Below are positions 1-12,513 of a stretch of 64,000 nucleotides of DNA, piece by piece. Below the pieces are notes generated by a model. That model worked only from the letters and a program-made list of their open reading frames with translations. It was not told the origin of the DNA and did not search any database. The stretch comes from Eledone cirrhosa (Eukaryota), in contig OZ024742.1 of NCBI GenBank assembly GCA_964016885.1, positions 84,134,001 through 84,198,000 of the forward strand, given 5' to 3'. The position numbers and the translations under genes were made by a program. Position 1 is the stretch's first letter. Every line of letters begins with the position of its first letter.

Positions 1-307
1 TGATTGAAAGCAAAATTTTTTTGCTTTTAAGAAACCGCTGGAAATAATTGCCTTATGTTGTTTATTACATAACTATTAAGCTCTGTTATCTACATAGAGC
101 ACTCTTTTTTCCTGGACTTTTCCGACGGAATTACTTCACATATATATATATAGATAGGCAGATCTCACACAATGCAGCTTCGACAGATGAATACTGGTTG
201 ATTATGGCTGACAACTGATGCAATCAAGACACCATAGTGGAAAACCAATATATGGAACATTATATTATGTAATATTCTCTCATTATTTTAATTTATATTC
301 CTTTGAA

Positions 308-427
308 GTTCCGATGAGCCGCTCTGTCTTTTAAATATGTTCATTATTTTCAACTGAACCAGATCAATTATGATATATAGTCATCTGATCCAGAAATATC
401 ATATGGAGTAGCGAAACAAGTGTAAAC
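308..427 (+). ncRNA. Degenerate type I hammerhead ribozyme with long stem II insert
   Basis: gtt-CCGATGA-GCCGCTC...GAGTAGC-GAAAC-AAGT-GTA-aac; 3-bp stem I, C3 variant core also seen at 17114. Confidence 0.45.
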
Positions 428-442
428 GGACATTATTATTAT

Positions 443-535
443 TAAGTACCAGTAATACACTGGTTAGTTGCTGGCCTTGTGCCAAAAGTAGAAACAATTA
501 TTATTAATATTATTATTATTATTATTATTATTATT
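443..535 (+). mobile_element. SINE 3' fragment with (ATT)n tail
   Basis: aagtaccagtaatacactgg...gctggccttgtgccaaaagtagaaacaattatt, shared with at least 7 other copies in the window. Confidence 0.8.
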
Positions 536-767
536 CTCTACATTCCTTACATCAAACTAAAATATGTTGACAACCTTTTAATAATGTCTTCCTTGTGAAA
601 TTTGTGGTCTTGTTTTGCTTAACTAATGAATATATATATATATATATATATAATACCACGCGGTGCTTCGCACAATATATGGTACTGCCCCCACTCAATG
701 CTACCTGGGGTTAAACAGATGCCGAGTATATATATATTCGAAATTTGTCTAAATATTAATTGGAACA

Positions 768-858
768 GAGGCAGTGGATTGCTAGTATCGGTAGAGCTTC
801 TGACAAAATTCTTTCTGGTATTTAGTTATGACGATCTCTGTTCAAATCACCACGAAGG
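768..858 (+). mobile_element. Degenerate tRNA-derived SINE head
   Basis: A-box-like ctagtatcggtagagc and B-box-like gttcaaatc; similar to heads at 1339 and 31960. Confidence 0.5.
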
Positions 859-869
859 GCTGGCAGTAT

Positions 870-1323
870 TACTCCCTCTGGTGGCGGTATTGAAAGAGGG
901 TGTGTGGTGGACTAGATTGAAAAGACTGAGGAGAGGCACTTTTCTCTTCGGCCAATCACTGTGGGGAGAGTGGGTGGGGAGAGAAGTGCTTCCCCCAGTA
1001 CATTTTGCTAAAAGGTGGGTGAATGTGGCGAGAATGGCATGTGTGAATGAGCCTACTCCGAGCATACGCTTGTAAACTGTTTTTTTGAAAAGGACAGGGG
1101 TGCCCTTCCCTGGGGTTCTCTAAGCGTAGGGTGGTTCAGGATTTGTAGGGTACCTGAGTCGCCCCTGGGTGGTTTTTCCCATTATTGGGAACGTAATTTG
1201 TTATAATTTTCTTGTTATTTTGTTATCCTTATTTATATTTTTTACACGCTATATATGTAAACTCCTACTGACCCTGTCTATTGTATTGTCGACTATATGT
1301 CGGCCCTTGAGGCCAATAAATGA
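870..1323 (+). mobile_element. Tx1-clade LINE 3' fragment (ORF2 C-terminus plus 3'UTR)
   Basis: VAVLKEGVWWTRLKRLR...RWVNVARM matches the C-termini of the ORF2s ending at 52017 and 55758; UTR ends gccAATAAA. Confidence 0.85.
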
Positions 1324-1338
1324 ATATTAGTGATAGAT

Positions 1339-1538
1339 TGGCAGTATCTGTAGAGCGTTGGACACATAATTTGCGGCATAGAGTTACGGCTCTTTACAGT
1401 CTTAGTTCAAACACAGTCGAGGTAGCTTTGCCTTTCATCCTAAAGAGGTCGCTAAAATAAAAGCACCAGGGTCGATTTAATCGACTTTCCTTTCCCCTTC
1501 AAATTGCTGGCCTTGTACCTAAGGTAGAAATAATTATT
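1339..1538 (+). mobile_element. tRNA-derived SINE, near full length
   Basis: tggcagtatctgtagagc head, gttcaaac B box, ctttgcctttcatcc core, gctggccttgt tail. Confidence 0.85.
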
Positions 1539-1880
1539 TTGTTTCTAAACTCTACGTCAACAATATAAACATCAGTTGCAAAAGCAGCAGTAACAACAAC
1601 AACAATAAAAACAGCAGCAGGAGTAGCAACAGTATCAGTACCAACAACAACAACAACAACAACAACCAAAATCCAAAATATCGAGCAGCAGGAGAGGAAT
1701 TTGATTGGCCACCACTCACAAATTATATCACCTTGTATGCCGCCGCCACCACCGACAAACGAGTGAACACTTCCACCACATTCACCGTCACCACGACAAC
1801 TGGCAACACCACCAGGACAACAACAAATATTATTACACAAATAACAAAAACAGCAGCAGAAGTATTACTTGAGGTTGTGA

Positions 1881-1887
<7 letters not shown>

Positions 1888-1915
<28 letters not shown>

Positions 1916-1928
1916 ATAGTAGTAGTAA

Positions 1929-1984
<56 letters not shown>
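1888..1984. repeat. (AGT)n microsatellite
   Basis: direct reading. Confidence 0.95.
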
Positions 1985-2772
1985 CCTTCAATATTTGCTT
2001 GTTGTAATAAGAAATTGAGTGTGGCATATCAGGGCAAAGGTGTCATGTGGTGTACGTGATGAAATCTGTAAGATTGGTGGAGACAGTGAGTTAAGAAGAA
2101 GATAAACATAAACACAACAAGAAAAACAAAAAATTGAAGATGATTTTGTGAGGAACTTTACCAAGGAAATTGAATTAATAGATATAAATTATATGTAGAT
2201 ATACAGACAAGGACATAAGTATTTCAATATATATATAAATGTAAGCATGTATACGTACATACATATATGTATACAGACGTACAGTAGTATGTATATATTT
2301 ACATACATGCACACATATATATATGTATGTATGGGTTTACCGAACATTTATTATAATGTTCGGTTTCTTTGTAAACAAACAGCCCGAATTAAGCCGTACA
2401 GTGTTCGGCAACCATCGTCGCCTTTTTGTTCAACACTGACAACACGGGCTGTTTGTTTACAAACAAACCGAACATTATAATAAATGTTCGGTAAACCCAT
2501 ACATACATATATATATATGTGTGCAAGTATGTAAATATATACATACTACTGTACGTCTGTATACATATATATATGTACGTACACATACTTATATTTAAGT
2601 ATCAGCCGTACTAAGAGTGAGAAATGAAATTTCATTTCATTCTTTTCCATTAATCGTTTTCGGTACGCCCGGCCGACTAACTCACTCGATATGCAAATTA
2701 GGCTGCTCAGCCGTTAATATGCATAAGGAAAGTATACACTTTCAAACGTTCAATCATCTGACAGGAAGGTAT

Positions 2773-2815
2773 ACGATGCTGACGATAGCTAATAAGCTTG
2801 AAACTAGTTCATGGT
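2773..2815 (+). ncRNA. Minimal type I hammerhead ribozyme (family A, copy 1)
   Basis: acgATG-CTGACGA-tAGCT-aata-AGCTt-GAAA-CTAG-TT-CATggt; palindromic ACTAGT stem III. Confidence 0.7.
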
Positions 2816-3203
2816 TCCTTTGTCAGTGTTGAACAAAAGGGCGACGATGGTTGCCGAACACTGTACGGCTTAATTTGGGCTGTTTGTTTACAAACAAACC
2901 TAACATTATAATAAATGTTCGGTACACCCATACATACATATATATATATGTGTGCAAGTATGTAAATATATACATACTACTGTACGTCTGTATACATATA
3001 TATATGTACGTACACATACTTACATTTAAGTATCAGCCGTACTAAGAGTGAGAAATGAAATTTCATTTCATTCTTTTCCATTAATCGTTTTCGGTACGCT
3101 CGGCCGACTAACTCACTCGATATGCAAATTAGGCTGCTCAGCCGTTAAAATGTATAAGGAAAGTATACACTTTCAAACGGTCAATCATCTGACAGGAAGG
3201 TAT

Positions 3204-3246
3204 ACGATGCTGACGATAGCTAATAAGCTTGAAACTAGTTCATGGT
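3204..3246 (+). ncRNA. Minimal type I hammerhead ribozyme (family A, copy 2)
   Basis: identical to 2773-2815. Confidence 0.7.
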
Positions 3247-3506
3247 TCCTTTGTCAGTGTTGAACAAAAGGGCGACGCTGGTTGCCGAACACTGTACGGC
3301 TTAATTCGGGCTGTTTGTTTACAAACAAACTTAACATTATAATAAATGTTCGGTAAACCCATACATATTTATATATATGTGTGCATGTATGTAAATATAT
3401 ACATACTACTGTACGTCTGTATACATATATGTATGTACGTATACATACTTACATTTAAGTATCAGCCGTACTAAGGGTGAGAAATGAAATTCCATTTCAT
3501 TCTTTT

Positions 3507-3582
<76 letters not shown>

Positions 3583-3585
3583 CTC

Positions 3586-3616
<31 letters not shown>

Positions 3617-3864
3617 CATGTGTGTGTGTATATATATATATATACATGTTGTGTATATATATATATTTGATGAACGTCCCGTGACCCACTCTTTCTTTGT
3701 CGATATAGCTGCATTCACAAACACGCAGTACACATTTATGTTTGACATTGTGTACTACAATATCTTGTTAGCACTGGTGTTCTAGTATGGTTATATCTAT
3801 ATACAAATATACATACCTATTATTTATATTCATACACAGAACAAGGAAGCGCTACATATATGTA

Positions 3865-5026
3865 CAGGGTGCGGACGGTATTTGAGGACACATGTATTTT
3901 TAGTCATTATTTTATTTAACTAATTTTTATTGAACTTCTATTTCAGAAAATAACAATGAAAATAACGATGCTTACTAATGAAACGAAAATGTATGTTGTG
4001 ATTGTGGCTTTGAAGGCTTAGCATGGTGATTTAGAAATTTCTTTTTTTCTGTAAGTTGCAAGATCTTTTGTCCACAAGGTTCGGTGTGAATTAGAGAAAG
4101 AAGATGGAAGCGTATTACCTTTATCAAAACGTAAAAAAAACATTCCAAATGCCCTGATTCTATCAGGGCACCTGAATTTATTCAGGAAGTTAAGCAAAAC
4201 ATTGATGACAATCCAGGAAAATCAATGAGGTCAGAAAAAACAATCAGAAATGTTGTGCATGAAGACATCTTACGTGGTGAGGAGAGGTCAATTCATGTGA
4301 GAAAAACAAAAGAAATCCTTTTAATCAGGTTCAAAAGACTTTTGAAAAAACTTAAAAATCCATCAGAAGATGATGTGATTTGGTTTTTCTCAGATGAAAA
4401 AAACTTTGACCAGGACCACAAAACTAACAGAAGAAATGACAGGTGGCTAAATGCAGTCCCTTCTGAGGTTCCAAGAGTAATGCACTCAAAATTTCCTGCA
4501 AGTGTCATGGTTTTGGGTGTTGTTACCATTGAAGAACATGCGCCACAAGGCCTTAGGGTGAATGCTGCTGCGTATATTGAGGTTATGGATAAAGTTGTTA
4601 AGCTTGGGAACAACAGTGTATGCAATTGAAGGCCTTATGTTTTTCAACAAGATTATGCACCATCACACAAGGCTCAAATGACACAAGAACAGATGGGTGA
4701 CAATTTGCATGATCACATCACCCCCAACGAGCATCGTTGAGAAAAATGTCACTGAACACCCCCTAGCACAAACGATTCTTTGAAAGCTGCAATAGATTGA
4801 GTCTGTCCGATATGAACAAGGACCACTTAATCCGAGCTTGTAAACGATTTCAACCACACATAAAGGTTATTGATGTTAATGGTGGTTTTATTGAATGAAA
4901 TTATTAAATTGATAATTTACCTTAATGTTTAAGTTATTTTTTATAAGAATATAGTTTTTTTCTGTTATCATATAAGCGTTTTTAAAACCCCCCACAAATC
5001 TGTCTTTAAATACCGTCCGCATCCTT
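3865..5026 (+). mobile_element. Tc1/mariner (maT/DD37D-like) DNA transposon, decayed
   Basis: TIRs cagggtgcggacggtattt / aaataccgtccgcatcctt flanked by TA; transposase WFFSDEKNF..NRRNDRW..VMVLGVV..YVFQQDYAPSH with stops and frameshifts. Confidence 0.9.
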
Positions 5027-5132
5027 TATATATATATGTATGCATAGATGTATGTGAATCCCCGGCTTTCTTGGTGATTTCATTGTGATTTCATTGTCAG
5101 TTCTTGTTCTGTAGAAACCATTTCCATATTAA

Positions 5133-5180
<48 letters not shown>

Positions 5181-5185
<5 letters not shown>

Positions 5186-6235
5186 ATAAACGTGCTGCGT
5201 GGTTACAAATGGGTTACATATGAATAAAGTTAGTCCTTCATCAGTGATCTTCCAACCATCATTGGTATTTCATCGCTTTAAAGACGATATACCTCCGGTT
5301 GGTGCGAGCAACGGCTAAAAAAAGTCGTTGGGACACGTAAATAAAGGGGACACGAGAGTGTAAACAAACAAAGATGGTGAAGCAACGAAAAGTGAGGAAG
5401 AAGGAGTCAAGTCCCAAATTTCCATGAATATAAGTTCGGTGAAATCGTGAAAGAGAGAGAATAAAGACCATCAAACCTGGTTGGAATGTGAGCAAGGAAG
5501 GAATTCCATAAAGGTCTAACGGGAGGAAGAAGAAATCTAGTCTGTGAATTCGGTGAACATAAGTTCTGTGAAATCGTAGACGAGAGAGAGAAAAAAAGCG
5601 AACCAGGCTGACCAAGAGTGCGAAAGAAAAGAATTACGCACAGGTCAAACGGCAAGAAGGAGGAAGAGGAGAGGTAGTAACAGAGAGTGAGTGAGTGAAG
5701 GGCGAGGAAGAGGCTAACAGAGAGAGTGACTGTTAGAGAGGGTTAAGATACAGAGAAAGAGGAAGCAGTAAGAACGAAATAGACGGGTCACAGCGGGGGA
5801 AAAATATGTGTAAATATGAGAATAAACGTGCTGCGTGGTTGCAAATGGGTTACATATGAATAAAGTTAGTCCTTCATCAGTGATCTTCCAACCATCATTG
5901 GTATTTCATCGCTTTAAAGACGATATACCTCCGGTTGGTGCGAGCAACGGCTAAAAAAAGTCGTTGGGACACGTAAATAAAGGGGACACGAGAGTGTAAA
6001 CAAACAAAGATGGTGAAGCAACGAAAAGTGAGGAAGAAGGAGTCAAGTCCCAAATTTCCATGAATATAAGTTCGGTGAAATCGTGAACGAGAGAGAATAA
6101 AGACCATCAAACCTGGTTGGAATGTGTGCAAGGAAGGAATTCCGTAAAGGTCTAACGGGAGGAAGAAGGAATCTAGTCTGTGAATTCGGTGAACATAAGT
6201 TCTGTGAAATCGTAGACGAGAGAGAGAAAAAAAGC
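5181..6235 (-). mobile_element. Family E partial tandem repeat (636-bp unit) abutting (TA)n; truncated HHR core
   Basis: 5181-5595 repeated at 5817-6235; minus strand CTGATGAAGGACT without a downstream GAAA. Confidence 0.65.
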
Positions 6236-6252
6236 ATATTCATATATATATA

Positions 6253-6420
6253 TAAGTATGTATACGTACATACATATATGTGTATAGACGTACAGTAGTA
6301 TGTATATATATACATATATGCATACATATATATATATATATGTACGTATGGGTTTACCGAACATTTATTATAATGTTCGGTTTGTTTGTATACATACTTA
6401 TATTTAGGTATCAGCCGTAT
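6253..6420. mobile_element. Family A fragment (rearranged)
   Basis: gggtttaccgaacatttattataatgttcgg and tatcagccgta match 2247-2610. Confidence 0.8.
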
Positions 6421-7100
6421 ATACATATGTATTTATAAATGTGTGTCTGTGAGTGTGTGTGAATCGCGAGTTCAAACGGTGGTAACCACAGTACGTTTGG
6501 TACTCAATGCATTAGTAGAGTATAAACATCAAATTTAACATAGAAATAGCTTCTACAGGACTGAAGAAAATCATCAGGAAAGCCAACTTTCATTGTAATA
6601 TGGTGGTATTTATATTTTTTCGATAGTTGGGAAGAGGGTGATTTTGGGGAAGGGTAGAGGTCATTGACTAAGGGATTTTGAAGAACAGGGATTCTTTGAA
6701 AAATCTATATTAGAAATATAAACGATAATACAATGACACATATAAAAGACAAGCTTCACATTCACACTGAAGTACCGAAACATACACACATAGATACAAG
6801 CACCCACACATTTTATAAACGTCAGTTTTTCAAAATAAGCAAAAAGGTTTCATTGAGTGACTGAATTGTGCGTGTGTGTGTGGGTGAATCTCGGGTTCAA
6901 ACGGTGGCCAAATAATTTTTGGTTTCAAAGGGTTATGGACACCTGTCAAATCAATTACTGGTGAGGGTGGTTGACTTTGCAACAATGCCCACGACTCACA
7001 CACACACATGTATATATATATGTATATATATACACACACATATATATATACATATATAAAAACATACCCACATATATATACATACATATACACACAAATA

Positions 7101-7223
<123 letters not shown>

Positions 7224-7354
7224 CAGGATTATACCAGTACAAAACTAGTTAGACCTTTATTCCACAGAATATTTGATACTTGGGATAGTATAGTGTGACT
7301 ATATTTGAAATCATTAAGGCCTGACGGCTGAGTTCCAGACTCTTAACGGGTTTA

Positions 7355-7558
7355 CAATAAACTGACAATTTCATCACGGGCGTGGCTTAGGTGATTGACG
7401 TGTCGGTAAAATAATTGATTGTCCATATAAGGGTATAAGCTGTCCATGTAAGGATAACGGTTCCTATGAAGATCCTTTACCCTTATATGGATAACCCATT
7501 ATTTTAACGGAGACGTGAATCACCTGAGGCACGCCCCTGTGAAATGGACAATTTACTG
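7355..7558. mobile_element. MITE with ~85-bp imperfect TIRs, TA flanks (Tc1/mariner-type)
   Basis: TA|caataaactg...ccatataagggta vs tacccttatatgg...caatttactg|TA. Confidence 0.8.
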
Positions 7559-7628
7559 TAATTCTGTTTGTTAACGGCCTGGAACTAGTTGTTGAAACGG
7601 CAGGAGATCAGCCGTCGAGCCCCGACTC

Positions 7629-7664
<36 letters not shown>

Positions 7665-7666
<2 letters not shown>

Positions 7667-9213
7667 TTTCTGAATTTGTTTAGCAAGAATCTTTATCTGA
7701 AAACGTGTGTTGAAACCGATATTGTTATATTTTGAGAGGGTCATGATGCCAATAAGAAACACACGCACCAGTTGCTTTCACTTCAATTTATTATAAATTA
7801 AAATATCAATTTAAAAAAAATTATAAATTTCCGGTTGGTTGGTTGGTTCCACAATCAGACGGTTGTTCATATATTGTCAAAGTTCTTTCTTCACACATTC
7901 TGTGACCTCATCAGTGACCGGGGATTCTTTTCTTTGTTTTGTGCCTCTCCTTTGTTCTGTCCTATGCCATCTTGTTTTTGTGTGTGTTGTGTGCTTAGTT
8001 TTCACATGTGTTACATCCGAATGTCCGTGTGTGTTTTTATTTGTTTATTTATTTATTTGTTTATTTACATGTTACTAGTTGGTTGTTTGTTCTATGTGAG
8101 TGTGTTTTCATTTTGTCCTTAATTGTAAGTTGTGATGTTGCTATTCCATTCATGTTTTCTATTTAATTTTGGTTGGAGTTCATTTATGTTTATTGCCTCT
8201 GTGATTTGTCTAAACATTGCGTCTTTTCTGTGTGTAGATTTTATTTTTATTTCTATTACACCTCTCAAAGGCGATGACACACGACCGTGACCTCTGGCGT
8301 CACGCAGTAATACAGAGTACCCGACCTCCCATGGGTACAAGCTGAAGCATATAGACAATATGCCCCACACCCTCCCACTGCAAGGTGGTCGTGGAGGTGC
8401 CACGGCAAAAAAGCACCCAGCCCACACTGTAAAGTAGACGTGTAGGCGCCACGGAAAAAGCACCCAGCACTCACTGTAAATAAGGTTGGTGTTAGGAAGG
8501 GCATCCAGCTGTAGAAATCAAGCCAAAATCAGTTCCTGTATGAGCAGGGCATGGTCAGCCGACCAGACACTGCCCACAACAGGACAACCCGTCTAACCCA
8601 TGCTAGAATGGAAGAACGGACGTAAAACGGTGATGATGATGATGATGATGATGATGTTCTCTAATTTGCCCTTATGTTCTATTTTAGGATGTTGGTGGAG
8701 TACTGATGAGTTTTTTCTGTCTTGAAGTACTCGCCAGTGTTCATTTAATCGTCTCCTATACTACGAGCTGTCTCACCTATGTACATTATATTCTTTACAT
8801 TGTCCCTCAGTACACCTTATGCTATATACTATGTTTCTAGTATTGCAGTTAATATGGGGACTTAGTTTATAGATTATGGATTTCTTATCTATACAGGGAG
8901 GTCTTTGAAAAGGGTATGTATTATTAATAAGTGTTTTTATGGAGGTACCTGGTCTTTCCACTATCTTAATATTAAGTTTATGTTTATCTATGGCCCTTCT
9001 AAATTTGTAAGCTAGTTCACCTCTAGGGGTTGTATTGATGAATCTGGTATTTATTGCTATCATACCATGAGTTTATTCTATTAACCTTATTCCTAGTTCT
9101 TTCTATTCTATTCCAATATTTCCTCCTATACAAGGGGCTGGTCCCATTTGTATCATTATTTACTATTTTTTGTGGGTGTGTTTCTTATTGGCAACATAAC
9201 CCTCCCAAAGTAT

Positions 9214-9219
<6 letters not shown>
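7665..9219 (-). mobile_element. 5'-truncated Penelope-like element (GIY-YIG end, 3' pLTR, short inverted pLTR piece at 9175-9219)
   Basis: TPRGELA..VERPGTSIK..CNTRNIVYSIRC..RLNEH..SVLHQH..RQITEAINI..LNRKHEW; degenerate HHR 7876-7918; both ends abut (TA)n. Confidence 0.8.
8265..8657 (+). mobile_element. SINE with (GAT)n tail inserted in the PLE endonuclease
   Basis: gttaggaagggcatccagctgtagaaa..aacccatgctagaatgg..(gat)n; second copy at 44452-44655; interrupts the GIY-YIG frame. Confidence 0.75.
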
Positions 9220-9287
<68 letters not shown>

Positions 9288-9332
9288 CACCCACATATAT
9301 GTTGAGGTATGTATGTATATGTATGTATATAT

Positions 9333-11090
9333 ATAATCGAAGAAATTGATGAAAGAGAAGCAAGCCGTTAAAATATATTTATAAGAAGCTCTTACACATG
9401 TTACGCCTAGCTTGGGCTCCTCAGAGGCTCACAAGAAAATAAAGGGTTTAATTAGGAACCCTGAATGGGTATGAGTACGATTTTAACATCGAAATTCATA
9501 TCTCCGCATGATCGCCGCAATAGTAGTGCGGTTGAAAGCTGCGGTACGGACCTTAATAGTGCGAACAACTACCGTAGAAGACGCGGTAACATACGGCGTA
9601 CGCATGGTACTATCCTGTGCGTCCTTAGCTATGGTAATACTAACGACAATAATAGAAGCCGTTGTGCTGATAATAATAATAATTGTTTCTACTTTTTGGC
9701 ACAAGGCCAGCAATTATTCCAGTACATTACTGGTACTTTATTTTATCGACCCCGTAAGGATGAAAGGCAAAGTTAACCTCGGCGGGAATTGAACTGATAA
9801 TAATAATAATATTAATAATATTAATGTGGTGGGTACTAACAACCGCCAGTTCAGAGGGGGGGGGGGGGGGCGTAGCAAGCACTGCAACTGTCGTGACCAT
9901 GCCTAACTAAAAATGTTATATATAAATATACTGTTACTAGCCACAATAGTGTCAAATATTACATAGTGGCCACTTCTGGGTCATTCAAGACTAGATTTCG
10001 AGCGCATCTCCACTCTTTTAGGAATAGGAAGCTAAGGTACTCTACATCCCTCGCCAATTACATCATTAGCTTCTCCACTTATTGGGAAATTGTCAACAAG
10101 GTAACACCCTACAACTACAAGAAAACTACCAGCTCTGTCTCATGGAGCTTTACTATATAGTACAAGCGCCCCCTGATCTCATCAACTGTCGAGCCGAACC
10201 GTCATCAATTGCGGCCATAGACTACAACAGTCGTTCTACAGATGGACCCCGGATAATACTCAAACACCATAGTACCAGGGTCATTCACACCACACCCTGA
10301 CATGTCTTAAAACGGTGGATTACAAATTAAACATCTGTGAACAATACTATTATCCATCCCCCGTCATCCCTCCAGGGTGTTGCATTACATGTGTCCAGAC
10401 CTGATTACCTCGTCGTATTCCTCCACACTAACGGAATAAATCTTGAGTATCTCTGCAGAATTGATGATTATACCATTTAAACACCATGGGCGTATAGTCA
10501 TGTGATTGTGCAGGGCCTGACGTTTATGCCTTTACACTTCCCTGCGTTTAAACCTATGTTGAAATTGCAGCCTCATACTAATGAACCAGTGCATAAATTT
10601 CATCGACCTTAATATTATTGAACACTAACATTCATACCTTAACTGTGCCTCTGCAAATTGGCTTTACAAGGTATAATTAAATTAGCATATAGTAACTAGA
10701 CGTAGGGGAATAAATAAATATTTTGTAATAGTGGACGGAAATTTAGCAGATAATTCTAAATAGCAGCGGAATTACTCCCCTTTGTTCACAAACATAAACA
10801 TCTAACTTTGTAACACCGAGATATCAATTTCAATGTTAAAATCGTACTCATACCTATTCAGGGTTTCTAATTAAACCCTTTATTTTCTTGTGAGCCTCTG
10901 AGGATGCCAAGTTGGGCGTAACATGTGTAAGAGCTTCTTATAAATATATTCTAACGGCTTGCTTCTCTTTCATCAATTTCTTCGATTATACTTGCTCTGC
11001 TTAAATTCGCACACTAAGTATTAACGCTTCTAATATTTAACCCTGTCTGCACAAGCATCGAGCACGAATGCACCTGCTTATGGCAATTAA
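9333..11090 (+). mobile_element. 5'-truncated Naiad-like PLE with inverted pLTR (9333-9503 vs 10818-10990)
   Basis: CNCR..NVIYKYTV..YYIVATSGSFKTRFRAHLHSFR..TSLANYI..LCLME; ~170-bp inverted repeats containing an HHR-like motif. Confidence 0.85.
9684..9793 (-). mobile_element. 5'-truncated SINE with TSD ctgataataataataat
   Basis: SINE core reverse complement; flanking 17-bp direct repeat. Confidence 0.85.
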
Positions 11091-11158
11091 TCATCTGTAT
11101 CGTCTCCTTCTATAACGCTTCTTCTCTCTAGTCTCTCTCAGGATACTGTAACATTTTA

Positions 11159-11198
<40 letters not shown>

Positions 11199-11201
<3 letters not shown>

Positions 11202-11395
11202 CGAAGGAAATGTGGTAAGGAACCAGGTGGACCATAACGCACCAAAGTACTCAATACTTGAGGTAGTAGAGTGGGTAATAGGAACCAGTAAGACCCCGAC
11301 AGCTGAGCTCAAGCCGTTTCGACGGCTAATTCTGGACTCAGTCCAGAATTAGCCGTCGAAACGGCTTGAGCTCAGCTGTCGGGGTCTTACTGGTT

Positions 11396-11400
<5 letters not shown>
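11199..11400. mobile_element. Family B short element with a perfect ~61-bp-arm palindrome, inside (TA)n
   Basis: arms 11278-11338 and 11340-11400; related copies at 11445, 21600, 46222, 47444. Confidence 0.85.
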
Positions 11401-11446
<46 letters not shown>

Positions 11447-11516
11447 CAAAGGAAATGTGGTAAGGAACCAGATGGACCAGTACTCAATACTTATATATAT
11501 ATATATAAAGTGTTAA

Positions 11517-12459
11517 AGTCAGGAGTTAAAAATATGTTATGCTTTAGAGAACACAATTACAGGCAGCACTGGTTGAAAGTGTAAGAGGTATAAGCAAAAA
11601 TTACAGGCAAAAAAGTTATAAGCTAGGAAAAATGTGGGATAGGATAGACATAAGATATAAGATATCTTAACATTGGAGAACAGTTAATGTTATGGGTGTA
11701 CAATGCAGGAGTCAATACAGTCAATAAGGCATGTATGAGGAAAGAGTTATAATGCATTTGAAATAAACATATTTCGTGTGGGATGTTAAAGCATGTTCTA
11801 ATTGTTAGAAATGTTTAAGATAGTGTGCAATATGTTAGAGTGACATGTGGTGATAATGTAGGTATATGTTATGTGAGGTGTAATCCAAAGCACGTGATAT
11901 AATTGGATATGTGATTTTCTCTCAATTGTTTTTGTGTTGTAGTTCGTATGTATGTGTATATGTTGGTTGTAACTCACATCTATTGACCATGGAATTATTT
12001 TGAGTCGTTTATAGTTAATAGGTGTGTGTTTGTTAAATGTAAATTCCACCGAATTACAGGCCATGTTGTTATAGTAGGTATATTATATTTTGCATTTTTA
12101 TCTACAAATTATCTTTTCTAGGGTTTGTATTAACCGTTATTAAGTTGTTGGTCAACCAGTAGGCTGCTTAATTTTATGAATTTACACAGGAAGTTGTAAG
12201 GAGAGTTAATAACAAAGGGAGGTAATTAAAGTTGTTGACAAATTTAGGGTTGTTTTATTATTGTAGTAGTGTTATACATTAATCTTTATAGAGTATATAA
12301 AATATTATTATTGTTATTAATTATATAATTGTTATTTTTCAACTTGTGTGGAGGGAGTTAAAAACATTTTTTTTATTATATTATTATAACGAGATAGTTT
12401 TTACATAGTTAGTGTATGTATATATAATAAAAGGGATATATATATATATGTGTGTGAGA

Positions 12460-12513
<54 letters not shown>

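Larger units (their letters stand above)
2235..3508 (+). mobile_element. Family A HHR-bearing non-coding element (retrozyme-like): inverted 5' segment 2235-2442 plus ~2.5 tandem 431-bp units ending at (TA)n
   Basis: Near-identical ORFs at 2617 and 3048 (period 431); inverted copy; octamer at 2691 and 3122; HHR cores at 2779 and 3210. Confidence 0.8.

Noticed and set aside
2444-3508. CRISPR-like array
   Set aside because: Eukaryotic context; whole units repeat, with no unique spacers or cas genes
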